A stretch of DNA of 61,347 nt from a virus (lineage: Duplodnaviria; Caudoviricetes), in the IMG/VR virus record IMGVR_UViG_3300025736_000026, positions 1 through 61,347 of that record; one strand, written 5' to 3'. This document shows, piece after piece, positions 1 to 7,108 of the stretch. Below the pieces are notes generated by a model, which ran no database searches, was not told where the DNA came from, and was given only the letters and a program-made list of their open reading frames with translations. Every line of letters begins with the position of its first letter. Position 1 is the stretch's first letter. The translations under genes and the position numbers were made by a program.

Positions 1-1
1 C

Positions 2-154
2 ACAGCATTTTTTGTATTTAAAGCCGCTTCCGCAACTGCAAGGGTCGTTACGACCCACTTTAATGCCATCAACCTTTTCTGGTCCTCGGCAGTTAACGAT
101 CTTACGCATATGCTCAGGTAGTTTAGAGGAGCGCTCGCAAAATCTAGCGATCAA
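2..154 (-). CDS. SEC-C motif (Zn-binding) protein, truncated by window edge
   Basis: Not in ORF track. Reverse strand reads ...[36 protein letters not shown], the canonical SEC-C motif. Start is TTG 154 (overlapping the upstream stop) or ATG 109. Confidence 0.8.
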   Translation of the reverse strand, partial: MIARFCERSSKLPEHMRKIVNCRGPEKVDGIKVGRNDPCSCGSGFKYKKCC

Positions 155-429
155 GTCTCCGAGTTCGGGGTCAACATCTTCGAGTCTTTCGGGAGTCTCT
201 TCAACCATGATTCATAATCCTCTTCGCATATATGATGCCATAGTTCGGGGTTTTCCTCGCCGAAACTTTTTAAAGTTTCAGCTAGTTGGGCCATAGTAGT
301 ACCACCCAGCTTGATTGCGTCATACATTACTTTAAATATTTTTCCGAGGTCATTTTCGAGCATTGCTCGTAGAGCTGGATTGTGTTCTAGCGGGTCGTAA
401 GGCTTTTTGTCTTTCGTATCTTCAGTCAT
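151..429 (-). CDS. hypothetical protein
   Basis: 92 aa ORF, ATGA-coupled to the upstream gene. Confidence 0.7.
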   Translation of the reverse strand: MTEDTKDKKPYDPLEHNPALRAMLENDLGKIFKVMYDAIKLGGTTMAQLAETLKSFGEENPELWHHICEEDYESWLKRLPKDSKMLTPNSET

Positions 430-635
430 TGTTTTGCCTCTTTTACGTTTTGCGCGGGTGGTAAGTAAGTTTTCGACCAGATTAATACTTCAATTGTTTT
501 GTAACGTTTACGTCGCTTAGGATCTTTGCGATAGCGTACGGTTACAAGTCTATCACCGAAACGTTCCGATACGCCTTTCGTACCAGGCTGACCTGCTTGA
601 AGAGTCTTAACAACATTTGAGTCTTGTATACTCAT
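426..635 (-). CDS. conserved hypothetical basic protein
   Basis: GQPGTK...FGDRLVTVRYR...KRYKTIEV pattern resembles a widespread small uncharacterised family (recognised by eye). Confidence 0.7.
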   Translation of the reverse strand: MSIQDSNVVKTLQAGQPGTKGVSERFGDRLVTVRYRKDPKRRKRYKTIEVLIWSKTYLPPAQNVKEAKQ

Positions 636-702
636 TGGTTAGGCCTCCAAATCTTCGTCGCCTTCAGAACCTTCAGCACGCGTCTCCGCGTGGCTGGGCC
701 CC

Positions 703-972
703 TCATTTTCCGTGACGCTGTGTTCGTCCTTTTGTTCCACGGTTTATCCTCCTAGAGGCCAGTGTCATTTTATGTTTGGACTTTTCAAGTTTACGAACTC
801 TATGCGCATGGGGTTTTTGTTGCGTATGTTTCTTCGAGGGTCTTTGCGCTAGTAGTTGGGTAAAGCTAAGCCAGTTACGTACCTTAGTTGGCGAGAGTTC
901 TTCTTTAGGCATTTCTTCTTTAAAAACTTCGGGCATTTCTTCTAGATCATAAGCTTTACGTGCGACTTTCAT
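703..972 (-). CDS. hypothetical basic protein
   Basis: 89 aa ORF, AAAGGA RBS, in the minus-strand gene run. Confidence 0.6.
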   Translation of the reverse strand: MKVARKAYDLEEMPEVFKEEMPKEELSPTKVRNWLSFTQLLAQRPSKKHTQQKPHAHRVRKLEKSKHKMTLASRRINRGTKGRTQRHGK

Positions 973-1148
973 ATAGGTAGTCCTTTCTTAGCAGATATTA
1001 AAACTAGTTTCGGGGGGTTTGTCTTAGTGATGCGTGCTTTTAGTAAGGGGCCGATAAAGTGTATATGTTTCGAGTATTTTACTTGTAATATGATATCGAT
1101 ATCATCAGGCAAACCTTTGAGGCATGAATTTATATCTTTTTTAGTCAT
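969..1148 (-). CDS. hypothetical protein (59 aa, MTKKDINSCLKGLPDDID...)
   Basis: Not in ORF track; GGAGG RBS; fills the gap with ATGA overlap to the next gene. Confidence 0.6.
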   Translation of the reverse strand: MTKKDINSCLKGLPDDIDIILQVKYSKHIHFIGPLLKARITKTNPPKLVLISAKKGLPI

Positions 1149-1160
1149 TTAGGTGCCTCC

Positions 1161-1664
1161 TCATGCGGTAAGATTCTTTATTGCGTGACGAATTTTAAAT
1201 TCTGCTTGTTGGTATTTAAAGAATGATATATCTAATTCTGCGCATATGTCTTTGATTGTAGTTTTTTCACATGCAGATGCGATAAGTTTGTCGAGGAGTA
1301 TTTTAGAGGTAGGTTCTACAAGTTTCGTACGTAAAAAGTTCAGATGTTCTTCTGTAGAGGTTTGGAGGGCTTCAGTAGCGCGACTTTCGATTTCCGTGAT
1401 CTCCTCCCCCGCAGCTGTGAGATCGCGTATATAACGATTCTGTAGATTTAAAAAGTGGTTGCGTACTGCACCATAGAAGACTGTTGAGAAGGATGCTTGC
1501 GAGGTTCTATCGGGGTCGTAGCAAGTTTTGATCTCTTCAAATTTTATAAGTGCTTCGTTAATTAGGTCTTCTTGTTCTAAGCCGGGTTTGTTTTTAGCGA
1601 ATCTAAATGCCAGAGCTGTTACTAGGCTACGTGATTTCGTATCAAGCTCGTCCGGAAATTCCAT
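1161..1664 (-). CDS. sigma-70/ECF-like RNA polymerase sigma factor
   Basis: Region-2-like EQEDLINEALIKF...YDPDR...FSTVFYGAVRNHF, plus C-terminal HTH (TIKDICAELDIS). Confidence 0.75.
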   Translation of the reverse strand: MEFPDELDTKSRSLVTALAFRFAKNKPGLEQEDLINEALIKFEEIKTCYDPDRTSQASFSTVFYGAVRNHFLNLQNRYIRDLTAAGEEITEIESRATEALQTSTEEHLNFLRTKLVEPTSKILLDKLIASACEKTTIKDICAELDISFFKYQQAEFKIRHAIKNLTA

Positions 1665-1778
1665 AGAATTGTCTCCCCATTACAAAGGTCCCTATACGGT
1701 ATTTATTAAATTTAATACTTTTAAATTGAAAAATCAACTGAAATTTGTTGGAAATCTTTAAAATTTTATAGATATTCC

Positions 1779-2030
1779 TTATCTGTGAATCCTAACCGCA
1801 GGAGGTGTAGTATTCGATATATGACATTTGGCTCTGTAAATCTGGAAACTTTCAGCTGGAAAGTTTTGTTTTAAAAACTCAACGAATATTGTAGGAACGT
1901 CCTGCCGGCCGTGGAATTTAGCTTTGATGTAGTCAGTATCGCTGTAGACAGCTCCGTGCATAGCACGGGCGGCTTTACGAGTTTCTTTTAGTAAAGCCTT
2001 ACTGGCGTTTGACTGGAGTAATTTTTTCAT
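1779..2030 (-). CDS. hypothetical protein
   Basis: 83 aa ORF with AAGGA RBS. Confidence 0.6.
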   Translation of the reverse strand: MKKLLQSNASKALLKETRKAARAMHGAVYSDTDYIKAKFHGRQDVPTIFVEFLKQNFPAESFQIYRAKCHISNTTPPAVRIHR

Positions 2031-2042
2031 CGAGGGTCCTTT

Positions 2043-2294
2043 TTAAAGACTATCCAATTCCTCTAGAGCTGTGACCAGCGCAGGTATGATTCTCTGCGCG
2101 TCTTCGTAATTCATACGTCCTATAGCTGCATGGTATTCGGTACCTTTCGGAGTTGTACCATGACGTGTAACACCGATCTTAGGCTCACCAGCGTTGTAGG
2201 AATAAATTCCTACAATAGCCTCTTCGGTATCTTTTGTTCTGACACGTGCTATCTCTTTGAGACATTTATCTTTTGATGGGTCGAACGATGCCAT
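2043..2294 (-). CDS. small protein, possibly PC4/PUR-like nucleic-acid binding
   Basis: FDPSKD...VGIYSYNAGEPKIGVTR pattern; AAGGAG RBS; fold is inferred. Confidence 0.55.
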   Translation of the reverse strand: MASFDPSKDKCLKEIARVRTKDTEEAIVGIYSYNAGEPKIGVTRHGTTPKGTEYHAAIGRMNYEDAQRIIPALVTALEELDSL

Positions 2295-2312
2295 AACTTT
2301 GACTCCTTATGA

Positions 2313-2657
2313 TTATACCGCAGGATGTTTTCTTGTAAAGGTTGTTACTTTAGAGCCTGTGATATCTTCGATGGCTACAAGTTCTTTGAGATCCTTAATA
2401 TCGATAATTTTTTCGTCGTATACAAAATCTACGTTATATATTTCGACGTTGTCGTTGTCATAAGAAACATCCCAGTCGCCATCTTCAGAGTTGTAAACGT
2501 TCATAAGAGCTTCTTGAAATCTCTCTTCGCGTAACTCTTCAGCAGCACGTTCTGTGATTTCTTCTGGGTGATGTTTCTTTTCATGGCTTCGGACCACTCG
2601 TGCACTCTCGTTACGAAACGTACACCAATCGCATAAATAGATTTTTGATTCATGCAT
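2313..2657 (-). CDS. C2H2 zinc-finger-containing protein
   Basis: YLCDWCTF-x-SHEKKHH matches C-x2-C-x12-H-x3/4-H. Confidence 0.65.
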   Translation of the reverse strand: MHESKIYLCDWCTFRNESARVVRSHEKKHHPEEITERAAEELREERFQEALMNVYNSEDGDWDVSYDNDNVEIYNVDFVYDEKIIDIKDLKELVAIEDITGSKVTTFTRKHPAV

Positions 2658-2950
2658 TTTAAATCTCCTATAATATTATACATTGTTTTATATAGTAAGT
2701 TTTATCCCGCATAGGTGTAATCCAAAAATGAGTTTGGAGATTTCAACCGTGCAGAGTAACAAACCAAAACTTACCTCCTCAACTTTTGCTATATGGAGAA
2801 TGATGTACATTCTCCGTGTAGTGTTTATATTTGTTAGTGCTTTCTCCTTAAACAGACCCACATGATAAGGTGCCTACATTAAGGTAAATGCCGGTAGTGA
2901 TGAATACTTAAGTGGAAAACCTTTTTAGAAGTTTCCGGCTTATGTGTTCA

Positions 2951-3181
2951 TCAATAGGGGTATTTTTGTAGTGTAAGTTCCCATTCGCTGAATTTACCCT
3001 CATTGAAAATGGGTGTAAGGGTTTTCACATAGGCGTTGTGTTCCGCACAAGCAAATTCCATAGCTGAGAGGAGCTCGTCAAGTGTACTGCTTTCTCGAAC
3101 TTGCTTGAAGCGTATTGTGATAAATTTTTCTTGTGATGTAGCCACGATTATACTCTCCTTATTTAAAGAAATCTTTGACAA
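2951..3181 (-). CDS. hypothetical protein
   Basis: 76 aa ORF in gene run. Confidence 0.5.
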   Translation of the reverse strand: MSKISLNKESIIVATSQEKFITIRFKQVRESSTLDELLSAMEFACAEHNAYVKTLTPIFNEGKFSEWELTLQKYPY

Positions 3182-3335
3182 ACGGATCTACGGCAGCGCC
3201 TTCGAATCTCTGCTGCAGTAGGAAAGTTCTGCATTGCGCTTTCGTAGGGTTGTGATTTACAGTATTGCGGACCTTAATCCACGTTTCAAGTGTGCGTTCC
3301 ATGTTTAATATTGGTCTAGAAGTTTCAGTATACAT
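3159..3335 (-). CDS. hypothetical protein
   Basis: GAGGAGGT RBS before ATG 3335 (MYTETS...); the longer track start is unlikely. Confidence 0.6.
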   Translation of the reverse strand: MYTETSRPILNMERTLETWIKVRNTVNHNPTKAQCRTFLLQQRFEGAAVDPFVKDFFK

Positions 3336-3345
3336 TGTTACCTCC

Positions 3346-3513
3346 TCACTTATTATGATTGATTTGAGGAATTGTATGCGAACTATTTGGATCACATTCG
3401 GAGAAGTCTTGCATTTCCGCATACGTCTTACTGTAGGGTTTAGCTTTTACAATACCCCTACGTAGCAGGTATTTATAAAAGCCGTGGGTGAAATCTTAAA
3501 GATTTCTTGACAT
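3346..3513 (-). pseudogene. small gene with in-frame TAA at codon 6
   Basis: AAGGAGGT RBS, then ATG TCA AGA AAT CTT TAA, then 49 more open codons ending at the RBS of the next gene. Confidence 0.4.
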
Positions 3514-3524
3514 TCGATACCTCC

Positions 3525-3677
3525 TTATCTTTTCCATAACGCAAACTTACCCATCTTCTTCATGATAACTTTATTCACAAGGAAATGGCGTACTATCTTT
3601 TTGGGCTGCATTGATAGTAGGACTTCGTAATCTCGGGAAGCCCTTGCTAGCTTATACAACGTACCTGCTATCTTCAT
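3525..3677 (-). CDS. small basic protein (MKIAGTLYKLARASRDYEVL...)
   Basis: Not in track; 50 aa; first gene behind the leftward promoter. Confidence 0.6.
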   Translation of the reverse strand: MKIAGTLYKLARASRDYEVLLSMQPKKIVRHFLVNKVIMKKMGKFALWKR

Positions 3678-3720
3678 AAAGTGTTTCACCACCTTTCAGG
3701 GTTTCTGATGTTTATGATTA

Positions 3721-3749
3721 AATATACAAATTATTTATATAACATACAA
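3721..3749 (-). promoter_or_regulatory. leftward sigma70 promoter
   Basis: TTGTAT-17-TATATT on the minus strand. Confidence 0.55.
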
Positions 3750-3786
3750 ATGAATTCATTTAGATGCCTAATTTTAGGCGTCTAAA
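3748..3786. promoter_or_regulatory. palindromic operators between divergent promoters
   Basis: AAATGAATTCATTT (3748-3761) and TAGATGCCTA-ATTT-TAGGCGTCTA. Confidence 0.5.
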
Positions 3787-3795
3787 AGATTTCAC

Positions 3796-3824
3796 TTGAT
3801 TTTTAAAAAGTTTTCTATTATAAT
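3796..3824 (+). promoter_or_regulatory. rightward sigma70 promoter
   Basis: TTGATT-17-TATAAT. Confidence 0.65.
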
Positions 3825-3834
3825 ATAGATGTAA

Positions 3835-4095
3835 ATGTTTTCGCTGTATATAGACATAGAAAGGGGTATCGTGGTTAAAACGCTTACATATAAGAATACC
3901 GAGTCTCTGTTGAAGGTTGTTAGTGACTTACAGGATATGCGTGATGGCTTTCCAGAGATGGTTATTCAAACTGCTTGCATCCGACATATTACCGACGCAG
4001 GTATTGTTAGGATCGAGGTTTTGTTAACTCCAAATGACGTAAGCCACGGAGTGCAGAAAGTCGATGTGGGATGTGCTATTGAGCTAACAGCTTAG
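3835..4095 (+). CDS. hypothetical early protein
   Basis: ORF directly after promoter; true start may be GTG 3871 after GAAAGGGG. Confidence 0.55.
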   Translation: MFSLYIDIERGIVVKTLTYKNTESLLKVVSDLQDMRDGFPEMVIQTACIRHITDAGIVRIEVLLTPNDVSHGVQKVDVGCAIELTA

Positions 4096-4128
4096 GGAGC
4101 CTAAAGTTTGTTATATGTAAAAATTTAC

Positions 4129-4157
4129 TTGCTATTTTGAAAATTAGTTTGTATAAT
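4129..4157 (+). promoter_or_regulatory. sigma70 promoter
   Basis: TTGCTA-17-TATAAT. Confidence 0.7.
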
Positions 4158-4218
4158 ATAATAGTAAGAATAAACAAGATAAAAACAAAAAGCCAGAATC
4201 GAGAGGAGGTGATTAGAC

Positions 4219-4497
4219 TTGAAGACAACTTGTCCACATTGCAGCAAGGAAATTGAGGTCAATGTCAAGGAGACCGATCAGTATGGTTTCGTTGTGAACT
4301 CCAAGGGTTCATTCATCGCCGATGCTATCGCAAAGGCGGGCGCGAAAGGTACCAAACTGGTCGACCTGATCATCGCTACCGATGTCAAATACCCAGGTAA
4401 GAACAACGTCGGGCGTATTCAATCGGTCGTCAACAAGATGAAGAAGGCTGGTATGATCAATGACGCTGAGGGTGTCATTCGTTTCCAGAAGGCTTGA
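4219..4497 (+). CDS. small CPHC-motif, winged-helix-like protein (paralog 1)
   Basis: GAGGAGGTGA RBS; clearly homologous to 6515-6784. Confidence 0.8.
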   Translation: MKTTCPHCSKEIEVNVKETDQYGFVVNSKGSFIADAIAKAGAKGTKLVDLIIATDVKYPGKNNVGRIQSVVNKMKKAGMINDAEGVIRFQKA

Positions 4498-4517
4498 TCT
4501 TTCCTACGCACCGTACA

Positions 4518-4546
4518 GAGGGGCTATCCGTAACTGGATAGCTCCT
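4518..4546 (+). terminator. hairpin after paralog 1
   Basis: GAGGGGCTATCC-GTAACT-GGATAGCTCCTC. Confidence 0.5.
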
Positions 4547-4591
4547 CAGTGATAAAAATCTTTACGATGTTACACATAGATGCTCCTTATC

Positions 4592-4626
4592 AAAAGGGTC
4601 GGCTCCGGGCAAGAGTCGGCCTTTTA
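4592..4626. terminator. probable bidirectional intrinsic terminator
   Basis: AAAAGGGTCGGCTC...GAGTCGGCCTTTT. Confidence 0.6.
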
Positions 4627-4770
4627 TATTATACATATGTAGATGTCATTTATGGCCCCTTGACAGAGTGAGTTCCTTGGTCAGCTTAGGCGATCCAACG
4701 CTTCGCATGTTTTTTCCTTCCCGCTTGCACCTGTTATCATCTACAGGTGCCCAGACATTCCACACATCTT

Positions 4771-4976
4771 ATATTCTCTTCCTAGATATCTGCCTATCAA
4801 TCTACATTCTCTTCCTAGATATCTGCCTATCAATCTACATTCTCTTCCTGGATACCTGCCCATCAACCTATATTCTCTTCCTAGATATCTGCCTATCAAT
4901 CTATATTCTCTTCCTGGATACCTGCCTATCAACCCACATTCTCTTCCTAGATATCTGCCTATCAATCTACATTCTT
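4771..4976. repeat. 33-bp tandem repeat, about 6.2 copies
   Basis: Unit A(T/C)ATTCTCTTCCT(A/G)GATA(T/C)CTGCCTATCAATCT at 4771, 4804, 4837, 4870, 4903, 4936, partial at 4969. Confidence 0.95.
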
Positions 4977-5281
4977 TTTCTGCCGATACGCCCCCCACAA
5001 CACTTGTTCTGGAACACCATATAAGCGCGGCACCGCAATCGAAAAGTGAGATCGAACCCAATAGTAAGCGCCTAGTAGATTAGAGTTGCTACCTCCTCGC
5101 CCGGATATATAGGCGCCTCCAAAGGATCCTGACGTTATGTGGTACACGCGTTGTAGGAGGCGCTTGACAGAGATTTGGAAGAACGCCTTACCATAGGAGG
5201 CGCCTAAGAAGTGGTTATTAAAAAGATGTTAAGGCGCCTGCTAGTGTATAGGCATTTTATTAGGCACCTGAATGAATTCAT

Positions 5282-5310
5282 TTGCCATTTTCGTTTTTAG
5301 TATGTATATT
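5282..5310 (+). promoter_or_regulatory. sigma70 promoter with AATGAATTCATT palindrome abutting -35
   Basis: TTGCCA-17-TATATT. Confidence 0.6.
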
Positions 5311-5337
5311 ATTATAGAACAAAATAAGGAGCGTCTT

Positions 5338-5505
5338 ATGTTAAGTCCAGCAAGTTATCAAACCATGAAGTACGCAGTCGAGCAGCATGCAGACGATTTT
5401 TGGCAACCTCAACCTGAAGGCGAACACAATATCTTCTTGTTGGAGGATGTCGAGGCTGCATTGTTCAAGGAAGGTTACGAACTTGTGTTACGCAAGAAGG
5501 AGTAA
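5338..5505 (+). CDS. hypothetical early protein
   Basis: AAGGAG RBS before ATG 5338 (MLSPASY...). Confidence 0.65.
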   Translation: MLSPASYQTMKYAVEQHADDFWQPQPEGEHNIFLLEDVEAALFKEGYELVLRKKE

Positions 5506-5507
5506 TC

Positions 5508-5612
5508 ATGAAGCTTAGCATTCTTAAAGTTCGTATTCAATATTATCGAATCAAAGCCTTTGTATGTGGCTGTATCGCGAATGTGTGTGACGCGTTAATA
5601 GGGGAGGCGTAA
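5508..5612 (+). CDS. 34-aa peptide
   Basis: AAGGAG RBS, tight spacing; not in track. Confidence 0.5.
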   Translation: MKLSILKVRIQYYRIKAFVCGCIANVCDALIGEA

Positions 5613-5616
5613 TCAA

Positions 5617-5709
5617 ATGGAATGTTTAATCGTCGCTATTATCATCTGGGGTGCCGTTCTAGCCAGCCGCCCCACAAAAAGAAATCCTTTCTCGAAACCT
5701 TCCATATAA
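5617..5709 (+). CDS. 30-aa single-TM peptide (paralog A)
   Basis: GGAGG RBS; MECLIVAIIIWGAVLASRPTKRNPFSKPSI. Confidence 0.55.
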   Translation: MECLIVAIIIWGAVLASRPTKRNPFSKPSI

Positions 5710-5902
5710 ACCACATTGAGAGGTGGGCGAAAGCCTACCTCCTCGTCTAGGCGTATAGTGGCGCCTCCAGACGGGAGGCAATCCAAAAATGGATTGGTAC
5801 TCTTAGGAGGCGCCTTAAAAAAATCCAAAAGTTGACCTCCTCAACCCGGCAGCAAGCCCGGCGCCTGCATGTATTGGCGTATCATGAATAGGTGACTACA
5901 TC

Positions 5903-5960
5903 TATAGGCATATGAATATGTACATATATAGGCATATGAATATATACATATATAGGCATG
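5903..5960. repeat. 24-bp tandem repeat, about 2.4 copies
   Basis: TATAGGCATATGAATAT(G/A)TACATA repeated. Confidence 0.8.
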
Positions 5961-6117
5961 CATGTATATTTGTAAGCATTGTATAATTATATGTGCATCC
6001 ATTAGGAGGCGCCTAAATAGCATTATTGAAAGTTTATGTACGAAGCTTTCTATTATTATATATATAAAAGCCTTTTAAAATCGAGTTATGAAGAATTCGC
6101 CATATGCCAAGTTTTAC

Positions 6118-6146
6118 TTGCTTTTTTGATATGTTGTATGTATATT
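6118..6146 (+). promoter_or_regulatory. sigma70 promoter
   Basis: TTGCTT-17-TATATT. Confidence 0.6.
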
Positions 6147-6171
6147 TATATAACGATGAAAGGAGATAGTT

Positions 6172-6249
6172 ATGTTTTTAGAATCTTTAATCTTAATAGT
6201 TTTTGTATTCGTAATTCATCATAGTCTAAAAAGTTTAAAATCATTATAA
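6172..6249 (+). CDS. 25-aa hydrophobic peptide
   Basis: AAAGGAG RBS; MFLESLILIVFVFVIHHSLKSLKSL. Confidence 0.5.
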   Translation: MFLESLILIVFVFVIHHSLKSLKSL

Positions 6250-6264
6250 GAAAGGAATAATTCA

Positions 6265-6357
6265 ATGGTTAGTATAATAGTATTTATAGTTGTTTGTGGA
6301 ATAGTAATATGTGGAAAACCTTCTACACAAACATATAAGGTTAAGAAATCCTTATGA
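6265..6357 (+). CDS. 30-aa single-TM peptide (paralog B)
   Basis: AAAGGA RBS; MVSIIVFIVVCGIVICGKPSTQTYKVKKSL aligns without gaps to 5617-5709. Confidence 0.55.
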   Translation: MVSIIVFIVVCGIVICGKPSTQTYKVKKSL

Positions 6358-6503
6358 AACAAGTAACTAATATTCCCTTTATTACATTACAACTTTATAA
6401 CGATCAATTTGGCTCTACATTAGTAAGGCATAATTTAAGTTATTATATTTGGATAATATTCGATAAAATATATCGAATATTAGAGAGCGCTAACATTCGA
6501 TAA
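6354..6503 (+). CDS. 49-aa hypothetical protein
   Basis: ATGA-coupled; fills the gap to the next gene. Confidence 0.45.
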   Translation: MKQVTNIPFITLQLYNDQFGSTLVRHNLSYYIWIIFDKIYRILESANIR

Positions 6504-6514
6504 GGAGAATCATC

Positions 6515-6784
6515 ATGATTACGAATTGCCCACATTGTAAGAAAGAGATCCAAATTTCAACGAAAGAGTTGAATGAGTATGGATTGGTTAAAGGGAGTAA
6601 AGGAGACTTTATCTCAAAGTTATTTACTTCCAAGGGTATTACCTTAACAGGTATTATCGAAAAAGTGGATACGAAGTATCCAAACGCAAATTCCATTGGG
6701 AGAATATTACGTGTTATCAATGAACTGAAGAACAAAAAGGTAATATACCAGAAAGACAATATGTATTTGTTAAACGTTAAATAA
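6515..6784 (+). CDS. small CPHC-motif, winged-helix-like protein (paralog 2)
   Basis: AAGGAG RBS; homolog of 4219-4497 (CPHCxKEI, YG, SKGxFI, DxKYP, GRI). Confidence 0.8.
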   Translation: MITNCPHCKKEIQISTKELNEYGLVKGSKGDFISKLFTSKGITLTGIIEKVDTKYPNANSIGRILRVINELKNKKVIYQKDNMYLLNVK

Positions 6785-6808
6785 TATACAAACGTAAGCG
6801 CTCTCACA

Positions 6809-6838
6809 TATAGGGATAGACTAATGTCTATCCCTATA
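6809..6838 (+). terminator. hairpin after paralog 2
   Basis: TATAGGGATAGAC-TAAT-GTCTATCCCTATA. Confidence 0.55.
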
Positions 6839-7108
6839 TTATTATATGTATACATTAGAGGGGGGTTATATAATAGAAAATGAATTGAGACCTCCTAGTG
6901 CAGGTCCGGCCATACACATATCGTACAATTTTTGAAAACGGGGTGCCTCTTGCCGAAATCCACCATCGCAGGAAATAACCCCCACATATAGGGGGGTGGT
7001 CCAATTTTCCTATTACTTGGACTCCTAAGTTTTTCAAAATATCTCTTGATTTTAAGTTATATTATATAGAAATTTTAAATAGTTAATTTAAAAGGATTAC
7101 TTTATAAA

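Larger units (their letters stand above)
5066..6014. repeat. dispersed palindromic motif cluster (TAGG)AGGCGCCT
   Basis: Exact AGGCGCCT at 5111, 5198, 5232, 5808, 6007, plus several one-mismatch copies. Confidence 0.8.

Noticed and set aside
4771-4976. CRISPR array
   Set aside because: The 33-bp units are directly adjacent with no unique spacers, and there are no cas genes.
4668-5061. ORFs 4668-5024 (+) and 4741-5061 (-) as proteins
   Set aside because: They are open only because the 33-bp repeat lacks stops; no convincing RBS.
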